Source: a virus (taxonomy: Duplodnaviria; Heunggongvirae; Uroviricota; Caudoviricetes). From it: 64,000 bases of DNA. Where the stretch lies: IMG/VR virus record IMGVR_UViG_2718218133_000001, one strand, 5' to 3'. The first letter of the stretch is position 1, and every line of letters begins with the position of its first letter. Shown piece by piece: positions 10,426 to 20,810 of this stretch. Both the position numbers and the translations under genes were made by a program. The notes under the pieces were generated by a model. That model saw only the letters and a list, made by a program, of their open reading frames with translations. It was not told where the DNA came from and did no database searches.

Positions 10426-10514
10426 CTACCTCAATAATTGTAGTTTATTAGAACATTAATAATCTAACATAAAACTCCAGACAATGTTATCGATGCATGT
10501 TTATATAAAATAGT

Positions 10515-10545
10515 TATAAAAAAAGCTCCCGAAGGAGCTTTAAAA
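10515..10545 (-). terminator. hairpin AGCTCC..GGAGCT with flanking A/T runs, downstream of 10561..11070
   Basis: seen in sequence. Confidence 0.45.
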
Positions 10546-10560
10546 TACAAGGGATGACTC

Positions 10561-11070
10561 TTAATCCCACTCAATCCAGTTGTAGACGATACGAAGTGAC
10601 GGGCGCACAGCGGCAGTCACATCTTCGGTACTAAAGTCGATTGCATCACTGTAGATTTTGCAGTCCAACATTTCAATTGTTGTAGCAGCTTTTGTCACAG
10701 CGTTAACCCCGGAAGATTTGGATTCAGGGGTAGCAGCCATCGTGATATCAACATAGTCCTTCGCCGCAATGCGATCCTTAATGAACTGAAGAATATCGCC
10801 TTCGATAGTCTCCACGCACTGGACCTGGATTTCCCCAGAGTTTCGAATTGGTCCGTGCTGGTTGAACTTCACACCATTCGGACCATAGTCCTCCACATCC
10901 TCGCGAGTCATTTCAGGGATTTGCGACGTACGAACAAGTACACTGATATCTTCATAGCCTGCAAAAGTGAGCTGGAATTCAGAAGATACCAGTCGTTCGC
11001 CTTTGGCCGCGTTGGCAGTATAGCGGCCCTTAATAAATTTACGGTTTCCCTTAGTGTTATTGTGCCCCAT
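10561..11070 (-). CDS. putative virion structural protein
   Basis: 169-aa ORF in operon downstream of sheath gene. Confidence 0.45.
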   Translation of the reverse strand: MGHNNTKGNRKFIKGRYTANAAKGERLVSSEFQLTFAGYEDISVLVRTSQIPEMTREDVEDYGPNGVKFNQHGPIRNSGEIQVQCVETIEGDILQFIKDRIAAKDYVDITMAATPESKSSGVNAVTKAATTIEMLDCKIYSDAIDFSTEDVTAAVRPSLRIVYNWIEWD

Positions 11071-11081
11071 ATAAAATCCTT

Positions 11082-11663
11082 TTACTGGAACGCCCGAACA
11101 ATATCGGAGCTGTTATATATCGAAGAACCGGTCAACTGGAGGTTGACGGTGTTTTTCAGGAAATATCCATTACTATCCCTTGGCGCATCGAGATCAAAAC
11201 TTAAGTCCTGGATGGCGACATCGGTGATGTTGATCCGGCGACCAATGTTTAGCGTCACGCGCTCCGGGATTCGACCACCAACATTGGCCGCTTTTAGCTC
11301 CGGGCTAATCATGGCTGTCAACGCGGCAATAGCGCCTGAAACTTCAATGAATGGATTGTTCAAAGCAATGAAAGTTACAGGCAGCGTGAACGTCGGCGGA
11401 GTCCCCCCTTCCCAAACCATTAAGCTATTCCAACGGGCAACCGACGTTGTTTCAGTACCTACTTGCACAAAACCACCCAGAGCACCAGAAACAGATCCCA
11501 TGGACATACCGGTAAACGGCGCTTCCCAATTCTGGGCCATGTTCATTGCCGCCCCCTGGCTGATATATCCGGTAACCTGGTACTGAGAGTTCGTTAAAGT
11601 AACTTTCAGAAATGGCGATACACCGTCAGCCTGGCTGTAAACCCCATAAGGAATAGGTGCCAT
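11082..11663 (-). CDS. putative virion structural protein
   Basis: 193-aa ORF, tight spacing. Confidence 0.45.
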   Translation of the reverse strand: MAPIPYGVYSQADGVSPFLKVTLTNSQYQVTGYISQGAAMNMAQNWEAPFTGMSMGSVSGALGGFVQVGTETTSVARWNSLMVWEGGTPPTFTLPVTFIALNNPFIEVSGAIAALTAMISPELKAANVGGRIPERVTLNIGRRINITDVAIQDLSFDLDAPRDSNGYFLKNTVNLQLTGSSIYNSSDIVRAFQ

Positions 11664-11698
11664 TCAAGTTAAAGGCCGGAGTTCTCCGGCCTCCTCCT

Positions 11699-12514
11699 TT
11701 AGCCAAGGCGCTTACGGCGCAGTTTCATTGACTTTTTGCGGGCAAGTTTTGCCGCGCCGGTCTGGGCTTTTCGACGCGCTTTTTTCAGCGCCGATTTTTG
11801 AGCCGCAGTCAGACGTTTTTTACGCAGGCGTTTACGGATGAGTTTGATCTCACCGTTACGAACAACCTTCTTAAATGCTTCAGTCAGCATTTCATCAGAA
11901 GTGCCAGCAACAACAAACGCCGCTTCCAGTTCGTCGCGGTCGTCGCTATCTAAACCAGCGATAGAGGCACCAACATCAGCAGCTGCGTCGTCGTCTTCAT
12001 CGTCAGCCAGTGCTTCGATCAGGTCATCATCTACACCGCATGCTGCGAGGAAGTCAGCAACATTTGCCCATGCTTCGTTATAGGCATCGTCCTGTTCTTC
12101 TGTAACTTCGGAGTCGTCGTCATCAGAGATACCAGCGATAGCCTGAACGAAACCATCAAGGGAGTCGAAAGTCAGATCACCGCTATCAGCCCAGGCGAAA
12201 ACGGCGTCGGCCGCATCACTCAACGCATTCTGCATAGCACTTCGATTTGCAGCTTCCAGAATCATCTGGTGCGCCTGTTCGACGGTCCATTCTTTACCGT
12301 CTTTCCCTTCCAGGATTTGCTCTGGAGCCGGGGCAGATGGAACGTTATCGTTAGTCTGTGCCGCCGGTTCCGGATTATTATTAATAACCGGATCTGTTGG
12401 CGGTTCGGCGCTTGCTCGGGCAGACTCCATCAGCTGCACAGGATCAGAGTTCAAAGCGAAACGGGACAGTCCATTCCCCAAAAATGCCCCGGATTGAAAA
12501 AAGTTTTTGCTCAT
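11699..12514 (-). CDS. acidic phage protein with strongly basic C-terminal tail
   Basis: 271-aa ORF; D/E-rich core, K/R-rich last 45 aa. Confidence 0.45.
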   Translation of the reverse strand: MSKNFFQSGAFLGNGLSRFALNSDPVQLMESARASAEPPTDPVINNNPEPAAQTNDNVPSAPAPEQILEGKDGKEWTVEQAHQMILEAANRSAMQNALSDAADAVFAWADSGDLTFDSLDGFVQAIAGISDDDDSEVTEEQDDAYNEAWANVADFLAACGVDDDLIEALADDEDDDAAADVGASIAGLDSDDRDELEAAFVVAGTSDEMLTEAFKKVVRNGEIKLIRKRLRKKRLTAAQKSALKKARRKAQTGAAKLARKKSMKLRRKRLG

Positions 12515-12523
12515 TGTATTCCC

Positions 12524-14113
12524 TTACTTAATAAGCAGCGGTACGCCCTGGATACGACGGGCTACGCCAGTCGGGCAGCAGGCCCAGACTACTTCCCATT
12601 TATCGAATTCCGCCTGCGTAACTTTCAGCACATACGGTTCTGTACCGTCAGCATCGGGATCACGAGGAGCCACCAGAGCGCCGGAGGCGACAAAGCGATC
12701 TAAAAGTTTGGTCATCCCTTTAGTCAGGCCAGCCGCAGTAATACCGTCCGGGCTATGCTTCATCTGTCGGGCTAACTGGACAAAGAAACGACTGATTGCA
12801 TTCATCAGGGATGGGACGTGCTGGAAGTGCAGATAGTTATCCTGCGTGCAGCAAGTTAAAGCATCGTCGATGATCATCTGGCCAGAGGTGCCAACAGATA
12901 CTTTATTGAGACGGCCCTTGACCATTGCTTCTTCGTCCGGGGTATCTTCCGGATACAGCGGTTGAATTGACGCACGAGCAATGACGGCACGTTCTTCACC
13001 AGCCGGTGAGTAATGCCAACCGCCGACATCAGAGTTTTTCTTGACGCCACGAGCTTTCGCCGCATACGCCGCGCCAGACAGACCGAAGACCACACGGGAT
13101 TGGGTCCATTTGTCTTTGCAGGAGAACGGGTAGTGATAGACAGAACAGCTTACATAATCGGTACCAAGTAAACCGGTACCCTCAACAGCTGTTAGTGCTT
13201 CTGCGTACCTTAATGTCGGTTTGACATCAAAGAAGCCATCAATCAGGCGATCTGCACAGATTTTACCTAATGCGGTGATAGCCGCATTGTCATAGCAGCC
13301 CAGGCCAAGAACAGCGGTGTACATGTACGGCGCATTATTCAGCACTTTAACCGCACGCAGGTAAGCAGCGGTTGAGATTTTCGACTGATCGCCATTGGTA
13401 CCGCCAGTGAATGCCACCGATTTTTTATTTGTTACTTTCGCTGTAGAAATCAGCTCTTCATTAACAACCGCACGCAGATATTTAGAACGGGCTTCCAGAG
13501 CCGTAGGCAGATAACACAAGCGGCCCATGTCATCTTTCGCTTCTTCCGCCAAAGACACAGTGTGTGTCTCCAGGGTCGTTACCACACCGAGCGAAGTCGT
13601 CTGGGTCAGTTTTAAGAGGAAGCGTTCATTACCCGCGCTGTCCGCTGTTGCCGTTTCGATGGTTAACTCACGGGTAGGTGAAATACACGGATCACCATCA
13701 TCAACGTAGATAGCAAAGGCTTCGCCGCTATCAAGTTCAATTTCAGAACCGTATGGCAACGCACTGTTAGCCGGTTCGCCTGATTCATCGAACATAATAA
13801 TCGGGAACTTCGCATCATCCGGAACAGCACGGACAACATAACCAGACGTTTGCTGAATAGCTTCGTACACATGGCGAATTGGTTCAAACTGTGAGCCGGA
13901 AGACGGCTTCAGCGGTTCGCCAAGAACATCTTCGTAATTGGACTCAGTAACCGCAAGAACAGTAAACGGCTTGCCACGCGCAAATACGCCAATACCAGCC
14001 CACAAGCTGCTATTTAATGCAACACCGGTAGATAACGTCGCATCGGCATTGATCGGGCTAACCGCGACGCCGGATGCATTACCTAATGACTGTTGAATTG
14101 AATATTGAGACAT
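12524..14113 (-). CDS. tail sheath protein (P1 gp22 position)
   Basis: 529-aa ORF immediately downstream of the capsid gene; size and position match P1 sheath. Confidence 0.55.
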   Translation of the reverse strand: MSQYSIQQSLGNASGVAVSPINADATLSTGVALNSSLWAGIGVFARGKPFTVLAVTESNYEDVLGEPLKPSSGSQFEPIRHVYEAIQQTSGYVVRAVPDDAKFPIIMFDESGEPANSALPYGSEIELDSGEAFAIYVDDGDPCISPTRELTIETATADSAGNERFLLKLTQTTSLGVVTTLETHTVSLAEEAKDDMGRLCYLPTALEARSKYLRAVVNEELISTAKVTNKKSVAFTGGTNGDQSKISTAAYLRAVKVLNNAPYMYTAVLGLGCYDNAAITALGKICADRLIDGFFDVKPTLRYAEALTAVEGTGLLGTDYVSCSVYHYPFSCKDKWTQSRVVFGLSGAAYAAKARGVKKNSDVGGWHYSPAGEERAVIARASIQPLYPEDTPDEEAMVKGRLNKVSVGTSGQMIIDDALTCCTQDNYLHFQHVPSLMNAISRFFVQLARQMKHSPDGITAAGLTKGMTKLLDRFVASGALVAPRDPDADGTEPYVLKVTQAEFDKWEVVWACCPTGVARRIQGVPLLIK

Positions 14114-14173
14114 AACTTTCCCTGTTATGCGCCCCGCGCGGGGGCGCTATGTTAAACGGAGAGCTTCCCCTGA

Positions 14174-15901
14174 TTACTCAGAGTCACCAGCATCAATCGT
14201 GTTACCGGTCAGGAAGTTAATTCCGCCATTTTTTGCCATAGTCAGAGTTACACGGGTGAAGTAGTCAGCACCGTTGCGTGGATGCATATCGTTGATAGCC
14301 GAACCCCACAGAGTGGTTCGGTTGACTAGTGCCGGGGTGGTCGGATGCTGGAATGGGACAGCCGGGACTGCATCACCAGTTACGAAGCCCGCTTTGCCCG
14401 GATTTTCATCACGGACGTAGCACAGCACATCCATTGGGCTGAACTGGATACCGTCGGCGGTCAGGTTCGTACAAATACCTTCTGGTACTTCGAACACTTT
14501 GACGTTGCCGAACAGAGTGCCAATGTAGTGGACGTATGGGGTCTGGATGTAATCTTCTGCTGGCTGGAAGAAATCCTTCGGCAATTGTTTGAAGAAAGAT
14601 GCCGCATCAGCACCGGCATACATCCCCATCGCACCAGAAGATTTAACACGCTCAATAATACCGCGATATACCGTCTGGAATTTGCCTCGAATGATGGTTG
14701 CCCACACATCAAAGGTCTGGTTAGCTGGTAGTGCAATATCAAAGGAGTCGGTCGCAAGAGTTCGCCAAATCATGATACGAAGACGAAGCATATCTTGCTC
14801 ATGGGACAGGTATTCCTTCAGGGTGCGGAACTGTAGGGAGCCAAGATCCAGACCAAATTCACGCTGTGCTTCATACGCCGCCTGTACCGTGTGCTCAGCC
14901 GCGATGACGAACTGGTTTGGGAACAGGGTGTAACTCTTCATTTCGTGGTTGATAAGTGGGATCAGCTCAGGAGCTGCTTCTATATTGATCTCCGCCTCAA
15001 TGGCGATCTCAGTGCCTTTATCCGGCGCTTTGGAGAACGACAGGGCAATCTGACCAACGTTGTAATTCAAAGAGCAAGTAACAGTGATTTGTTCGCCTGC
15101 TTTGTTATTGAATGTGTGAAGCAGAGTACCGGAGCCGTTATCAACAACAGACTTAATACGGTTAACGTAGATGTTTGTGCGACCTTTGCGAATCGGGACA
15201 CTCTGACCTTCGACATCTTCCATCTTGAAGGTTGCAGTTTTGCTGGTGCCGTCGGAGCTTGCAACCAGCACATAGCGGCGGCGCAACTGGCTGTACACGC
15301 CAACGGATTGCATGTCCAGAACATCACCAATAGCATAGGAGCCAAAAGAAGAACCCGCTACGTTAAAGATTTCATAGATTTCGGACTTGTCACGCGTAAC
15401 CGGAATGAATGTACACGCATCAGCGGTAGCTGCCCCCAACTGAACAGGCAGGATCATCGCCAAGAATAAAGGCAGACGCATAACCCCGTCAGAAACACTC
15501 ATCATCTCTGCCGCGACTGATTCCAGCATCGCTTTATTGGTGGCGTCCATGCTATTGCGGGTGGACTCAATCAGGCAGTTTTCCAGCGTCTGATGGCAGG
15601 AGGCCAGAATTTCCGGACGTGGCATAGATTTATGTGTTGCGGCGTAGTCAGCCAGTGCACTTGCCCACGCTGTAGCGATTTGAGCGGTGGCATTATCAGA
15701 GATACCCGCAAAAATTGGGTCTTTACGTGCAGCTTCAAGGATAGATGCGGCACGCGCGGCATCATCTTTAATGAATTGGTTATCAGTACCGAACTGCGCA
15801 GTGCTTGCCCAGCCAAGCACAGCTTTAGAGCGTTTTGCGATATCTGCAATACGATTCTGGTATTCGCGTAAGTTACTCAATTTACTCTTCCTTAAACACA
15901 A
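14174..15901 (-). CDS. major capsid protein (P1 gp23 position); probable start at internal TTG near 15880 after AAGGAAGAG RBS
   Basis: 575-aa ORF adjacent to parS as gene 23 is in P1. Confidence 0.5.
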   Translation of the reverse strand: MCLRKSKLSNLREYQNRIADIAKRSKAVLGWASTAQFGTDNQFIKDDAARAASILEAARKDPIFAGISDNATAQIATAWASALADYAATHKSMPRPEILASCHQTLENCLIESTRNSMDATNKAMLESVAAEMMSVSDGVMRLPLFLAMILPVQLGAATADACTFIPVTRDKSEIYEIFNVAGSSFGSYAIGDVLDMQSVGVYSQLRRRYVLVASSDGTSKTATFKMEDVEGQSVPIRKGRTNIYVNRIKSVVDNGSGTLLHTFNNKAGEQITVTCSLNYNVGQIALSFSKAPDKGTEIAIEAEINIEAAPELIPLINHEMKSYTLFPNQFVIAAEHTVQAAYEAQREFGLDLGSLQFRTLKEYLSHEQDMLRLRIMIWRTLATDSFDIALPANQTFDVWATIIRGKFQTVYRGIIERVKSSGAMGMYAGADAASFFKQLPKDFFQPAEDYIQTPYVHYIGTLFGNVKVFEVPEGICTNLTADGIQFSPMDVLCYVRDENPGKAGFVTGDAVPAVPFQHPTTPALVNRTTLWGSAINDMHPRNGADYFTRVTLTMAKNGGINFLTGNTIDAGDSE

Positions 15902-16004
15902 GGCACTTGTGTGAATCCCTTTTCGGAAGAGATTTTATTGAAAGTCACTTGTTGACTTTCTCGTGACAAGCAAATTTTTTATTTTTTTCGGGAGGAGGGG
16001 AGGA

Positions 16005-16105
16005 AGGTAAAATCCAAGGTGAAATCGTGGCGATTTCACCTTGAAATTTTATAGGTATTTACTTTAAAAACAGTAGGTTAATAGTGAAATTTGAATGGCG
16101 AAAGT
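16005..16105. other. parS: parS partition site (boxA ATTTCAC heptamers, boxB TCGCCA hexamers, palindrome GTGAAATCGTGGCGATTTCAC)
   Basis: motifs read from sequence immediately downstream of parB. Confidence 0.65.
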
Positions 16106-17107
16106 TTAAGGCTTCGGCTTTTTATCGAGGCTCTTTCTAAGGATATGCCCAATCATCCTGTCGAGTTCTTCCTGTAGCTCTTTTGAAAGTCGATTAAACT
16201 CATAAGAAAATGCACGGCCTTTCACGCGCTTCCTTGCAAAGCGATCCTTGTCCTCAAATTTCCATAATTCAGTAACTACGGACTTATCTTTAGAACCTTT
16301 ATCCGTGAGTAGTGAGGCTTCCTTTGTTATCAAGCGCAGGATTTTATTTTTAACTTCATCTTCGGCCATTTCTTCAATGGATAAGATGTCGTTTATTTCC
16401 GGGGATATGTTTTGAATAAGCTGATCAAACTCTAAATTCTTGTTCCCCATTTCGTCGCCAACAGCACAAAGCGTTTTGTAGTCCGAAAAGGTTAATTCCG
16501 ACTGCACAGGGAAAAGGGCGACTAATTCTTCCGGAGCACTCGCAGCCTGGAGAGCACGCGTGACCTTCGCCTGAGACAGCCCTTCTTTGGCTGCAATATC
16601 CTTCTGACTCATCCCATCATTTTTCATTCGCATCAAACGCAGACCTATTTCTCGAATGCTGTGCTGCAATGCTGTCTGAACGTCTTTCGCTAAATTTTGC
16701 GCTTCCTGAACGCTGATCTCCTGGTCCGTGACTAAAACCCGCAACCCTACGTTCTCTAAGATGGCAGAAGCTCGACGCCGGGAACCATCCAAAATTTCAA
16801 TTTTCCCTGTAGCCCGTCTAACACCTATTGCAGGGTAAAATTGCTGATGCTTAATAGTGCTTCGGATACTTTTTAATGATTTTGGCGTAAGAGATGCCTG
16901 GTCACGCCCGTTGTTATGCTGATCAACAAAGGTATCGCTTTCTACCTGGTTCGGAGGTATTACCTCTTCAATAAATGTGGCCTGGCGACCAGTTGATAAC
17001 TTGAATACCTGCTCGACTCGATCGCCAGAGGCTGAAGAACTATCAAATCCGCTTAATATTGAAGGATTAAGGGTTCGCCCAATTGTTGGTCTGTTTTTCT
17101 TTGACAT
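16106..17107 (-). CDS. parB: ParB partition protein
   Basis: 333-aa ORF matching P1 ParB in size and sequence as recalled; downstream of parA. Confidence 0.85.
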   Translation of the reverse strand: MSKKNRPTIGRTLNPSILSGFDSSSASGDRVEQVFKLSTGRQATFIEEVIPPNQVESDTFVDQHNNGRDQASLTPKSLKSIRSTIKHQQFYPAIGVRRATGKIEILDGSRRRASAILENVGLRVLVTDQEISVQEAQNLAKDVQTALQHSIREIGLRLMRMKNDGMSQKDIAAKEGLSQAKVTRALQAASAPEELVALFPVQSELTFSDYKTLCAVGDEMGNKNLEFDQLIQNISPEINDILSIEEMAEDEVKNKILRLITKEASLLTDKGSKDKSVVTELWKFEDKDRFARKRVKGRAFSYEFNRLSKELQEELDRMIGHILRKSLDKKPKP

Positions 17108-17123
17108 GGGGGTTTCTTACTCC

Positions 17124-18320
17124 TCAGTTAGATCTGATAAATTCAATACGGTCAAAAACTGCTTTAGCAAAATCTTCCGCAGCAATTCGCGCGTTCTTCA
17201 ATGCATCAGCACTACCAACATACGTTGCCGGGTTAGCTGAAATAACAGTGTCAAAAGACTCGCCGCAGCGTTCAAAACCGTCAAGGCGAGGGAGGACAAC
17301 ATCAAGCATATCCCCACCGAACACTTCTTTAGCCAGGCTATGGCAATACTTATGGTCTGCCTTGTTACTCAACTTGGACATAAAACCAATGTTAGTTGCA
17401 AGCTGACACTCGCAGCCTTCATCCGAAATGAGTTTCACCAACTCAGGAAGGCGGGCAACGTATTTAAGCGATGAGTGGAAATCAACCGTTGCAGGCGGCA
17501 GAGGTGTAAACAGTATATTGGCCGAGGCCAAAGCATTTTTCAGGAAGGCGTCAAGGTGAGGACCACTATCAACGAGGATAAAGTCATAATCGCTCTTCAG
17601 CTTATCAATCACATTTTCTTTCAGGACTGCATGGATGTTCTGACCCGGTAGATGCTCATTGCACAGCTCTCTCCAATCGGATGCAATAAAGGCATCGTCA
17701 ATCGACGCAGGCATAACGTCAACCCCAGGTACAACAGAAGGAACAATAAACTCCTCTAACAGCTCTTCACGGCTTACATTCTGCAACATAGCCTGTGCAG
17801 ATGTTGCGTTTACGATACCAATAGAGTGTTTATGGCTTAAAAACATCGTTGCTGAAGATTGCGGATCAAGGTCAATAACCAGAATCCTTAAATCTTCCAT
17901 CAGAAGATGAGGATGAGCACGCATTGCATGCGCCAGAGAAACCGTCGATACAGTTTTTGACACACCGCCTTTAAGATTGGAGATGAAAATCACATACGCT
18001 TCGCTGTAGCGATCCCGGTATTTTGGCACTCCGCGATGTTCATATATGTCAATGATGTTCTGAATTGACATCGCATATTTCATTGAAGAGCCAGCAGGGC
18101 GTTTATCGAAAACATAACCCTTTTCTTCCATTTCACTTACGGCATAGTCAACGTTCGCACGAGTCAGTAGAGGCAATTTTGCCAGTGCCGCTTTCGCATA
18201 GACCTGGTAAAACTCGTTCGCGTGTAGCTCATCCTTTTGCAACTGTACTTGTTCAGTCAGAACATTGAGCATTCTATTTGCTCTTTGAGCAACCTTGTGA
18301 AGCTGGCTGGAATCACTCAT
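17124..18320 (-). CDS. parA: ParA partition ATPase (type Ia, N-terminal HTH extension)
   Basis: 398-aa ORF with Walker A KGGVSKT; matches P1 ParA size. Confidence 0.85.
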   Translation of the reverse strand: MSDSSQLHKVAQRANRMLNVLTEQVQLQKDELHANEFYQVYAKAALAKLPLLTRANVDYAVSEMEEKGYVFDKRPAGSSMKYAMSIQNIIDIYEHRGVPKYRDRYSEAYVIFISNLKGGVSKTVSTVSLAHAMRAHPHLLMEDLRILVIDLDPQSSATMFLSHKHSIGIVNATSAQAMLQNVSREELLEEFIVPSVVPGVDVMPASIDDAFIASDWRELCNEHLPGQNIHAVLKENVIDKLKSDYDFILVDSGPHLDAFLKNALASANILFTPLPPATVDFHSSLKYVARLPELVKLISDEGCECQLATNIGFMSKLSNKADHKYCHSLAKEVFGGDMLDVVLPRLDGFERCGESFDTVISANPATYVGSADALKNARIAAEDFAKAVFDRIEFIRSN

Positions 18321-18488
18321 CGAAAGTCATCCTTTATGCTGTATTTTTGAATTTAATTAAAAATGCTGCATAAAATAATAATGTATGCGTAGATGCTTGT
18401 ACATAGCATTCTCTGCATGTTTGGTTCATTTTGCACGATTGAGAGTTACAAGGAGGGCACAAAAAAGCCCCGTTCAGGGGCATCAGTG

Positions 18489-19298
18489 TTATTTGCTAAG
18501 AGCAGCGAATAATCGTTCGAAATCGATAGTATCTATAGCACGCGTAAGCGCCGGAAGTTCAGCCTCAAAGTACCCGTGTCGATCGTAAAAGAAGGGACCG
18601 AAGAGCGAGGCATGTTGGATTCTACTTCGCCCCAGCCCGGACACACAGTTAAGCCCATTACCGGCTAAAAGGCTAAAAAACTTCTCTGGATTATCGTGGT
18701 AAAGCTGGGAATCAATGGTGGCGGTTAACTCTTCCATAGGGAAGCACACCCGCCCTGTATCCCAGGGATATTTAGTCCGAAGCATAAACATTGCTTTCAG
18801 CAATTCACATTGAGCGCGGATCGCGTCCGGTTCATAGCCAGATATGGAGACATAAGCCACGTCCCTCATTCCTGCGTCATCTTTGAAAGTCACGATAGAA
18901 GTAACATCCAGCTCTTTTTCGAAAGAGCAAGCAGCATCTACTGGACGCTGAAGTAAATCATTCGACTTAATGCGCTCGAGAATCCCTCCCCACATATCAT
19001 TTAGATATTCGATATGAGCCAAAACCTTATCAAGACACTCTCGTGTAAACCATTCAGTATGCCCGCCACCGGCGCTTTTCTCCCACGGCGCATTCCAGGG
19101 GAAAAAGGTTGCGTGTAAAGCCCGCTCAAGATTAACCATTGCCAAACGCGTACCACGATAGACCCGTGAAAGCGCAAAATCGGGACTCACTTGTAGCCCT
19201 TTAAACCGTGCCAATGGACCACATGAAATGCCGATTTTAAAAGTATCTCCGTTCTCTGGCACCAGAACGTAGAGGTAGTGTTGTTTCTCTTCTTGCAT
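18489..19298 (-). CDS. T5orf172 (GIY-YIG-like) domain protein with about 170-aa unknown C-terminal domain, between incA and parA
   Basis: 269-aa ORF; N-terminus YLYVLV..KIGIS...LH..F...HTEWF pattern characteristic of T5orf172 family. Confidence 0.55.
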   Translation of the reverse strand: MQEEKQHYLYVLVPENGDTFKIGISCGPLARFKGLQVSPDFALSRVYRGTRLAMVNLERALHATFFPWNAPWEKSAGGGHTEWFTRECLDKVLAHIEYLNDMWGGILERIKSNDLLQRPVDAACSFEKELDVTSIVTFKDDAGMRDVAYVSISGYEPDAIRAQCELLKAMFMLRTKYPWDTGRVCFPMEELTATIDSQLYHDNPEKFFSLLAGNGLNCVSGLGRSRIQHASLFGPFFYDRHGYFEAELPALTRAIDTIDFERLFAALSK

Positions 19299-19309
19299 AT
19301 CAATACCAC

Positions 19310-19590
19310 TGCTTGATGAGAACCGCGCAAATGTTGACTATGCGCGAAGGTTAATGTGAATAGTTGACTATGCGCGATGTGACTACAGTCAAAAGTTGAC
19401 TGTAGTCGATTTAACTCCACCAAAGATCGACTATGTAAGATATTGTCGGGAGAAACGTTGACTATACGCGATGAAATGCCCCTAAAAGCCATCTCAATAG
19501 CGACTTGCAGAATATTGACGCCAGCAAAAATCCACCAGCGTCAACGAATGTCGCCTATAGTCAACTTCTCGCTATCGCATATAGTCAATA
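19310..19590. repeat. incA: incA iteron array (RepA-binding repeats, core TTGACTATGCGCGA, mixed orientation)
   Basis: multiple copies of the core read directly downstream of repA. Confidence 0.6.
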
Positions 19591-20475
19591 TTATGGATTG
19601 CGCTTATGGATCTGGAAGCCGATTTTCCTGCCGTTTTTTATCTCTGAAAATTTAAGATATTCAATAGCTTCCAAATCTTTCATGGCTTTTCTGATAACGC
19701 TATTTTGCACGCTAACGGATGATTTGAGATTAAGCCTCGCTCTAAGGCGCTCAATGCTGACAGGTGCCGGGTTGGCGGGTAGAGCCTCAAAGAATGTATA
19801 CAGTACCTTGGCCGTCTCTTTGCGCCCTAGTTTATCCAGCATCTTCAGCTTCAGGATTCGCTTATAGTCAACATAGTAAAGTTCAGATAGCTGTTTCTGC
19901 GGCTGGATCTCGATAACATCAAGCTCGGTATTCAGGCTGCTATATGCCAACAAGTTGACGTTAATGTTATTGAGATGACCTTTTGCCGCCGGGAAGCGGA
20001 ATTTGACAACTGTCTGCTGAATGCGTGTCAGAGAATCATCAATACTTTTACGGAACGCCTTTGAAAGGCGCTTACGTGGATAGCCGCATCGATCGGCAAA
20101 CTCGGAGAATGGCAGGGTGATTATACCGTCATCATCAGGTGCGTAGTCAAACAACGCGGAGGTTATGCCCACCCACACCTTAAAATCAGTATCCATATCC
20201 AGGCGTGGACCATGAATTTCAATTCCCTCATAGCCTTCCTGCTCAACAATTTTGAGGCTTGATAGTTCTTCAGTTGCGTTCGTTGTGTTTGTTGTAACTG
20301 ACGATCCGCGACGTAGCGCCACATTGGTAGATTTTAAGGTTGGCACAAACACACCTAAGCGCAACAAAGCGATGGGTTGTATAGTGCTGTTGTTATTGGG
20401 CTTCAGGCTGTGGATTTCTCCTGTATTTCCTGCAACTTCTTCAACGCTAAGGAAGCCTTTACTTTCTTCCGGCAT
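19591..20475 (-). CDS. repA: RepA plasmid replication initiator (RepE/RepA iteron-binding family); ORF open to 20511, likely start ATG at 20473-20475
   Basis: flanked by iteron arrays; conserved GPRLDM.TDFK motif; GGAGAA RBS before internal ATG. Confidence 0.8.
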   Translation of the reverse strand: MPEESKGFLSVEEVAGNTGEIHSLKPNNNSTIQPIALLRLGVFVPTLKSTNVALRRGSSVTTNTTNATEELSSLKIVEQEGYEGIEIHGPRLDMDTDFKVWVGITSALFDYAPDDDGIITLPFSEFADRCGYPRKRLSKAFRKSIDDSLTRIQQTVVKFRFPAAKGHLNNINVNLLAYSSLNTELDVIEIQPQKQLSELYYVDYKRILKLKMLDKLGRKETAKVLYTFFEALPANPAPVSIERLRARLNLKSSVSVQNSVIRKAMKDLEAIEYLKFSEIKNGRKIGFQIHKRNP

Positions 20476-20559
20476 CACGGTTTCTCCATGTGTGGCGCGG
20501 CCTGACGTCAATTTGGATGGCTGTTATCAACAGCTGTGAATATTCAGACTCTAAAATCG

Positions 20560-20670
20560 CTTACAGTCAATGTTTCTGTCGCGTATAGTCAACAATAAAT
20601 CGCGTGCAGTCAACAATAAATCGTGCACAGTCAACATAAAATCGCGTATAGTCAATGTTGATCCCATTTC
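20560..20670. repeat. incC: incC iterons of plasmid origin oriR (about 21-bp period, core TCGCGTATAGTCAA)
   Basis: 4-5 tandem repeats immediately upstream of repA. Confidence 0.6.
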
Positions 20671-20696
20671 AGGCCAGTAATGACGCGGCTTACAGC

Positions 20697-20767
20697 GATC
20701 CGGGATCTTCTTTGGATCTTCCTAGGTTCTCTTTAGGATCTGTTTATTGGATCTATGCTGTGGATAA
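20697..20767. other. oriR: oriR core: five GATC (Dam) sites plus DnaA box TGTGGATAA
   Basis: GATC at 20697, 20704, 20715, 20737, 20750; DnaA box at 20759-20767. Confidence 0.55.
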
Positions 20768-20810
20768 GTTGAATAAACCGGCCAACAAAGCCGGTTGGAA
20801 GGAAGTCATA

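Noticed and set aside
11838-12083. Low-complexity Ser/Ala-rich ORF antisense to 11699..12514
   Set aside because: Mirror-image translation of the acidic gene on the other strand; compositional artefact.
19310-20670. Iteron arrays as possible mobile-element terminal repeats
   Set aside because: They flank repA in the canonical incC/incA arrangement with the GATC cluster and DnaA box of oriR; this is a plasmid origin.
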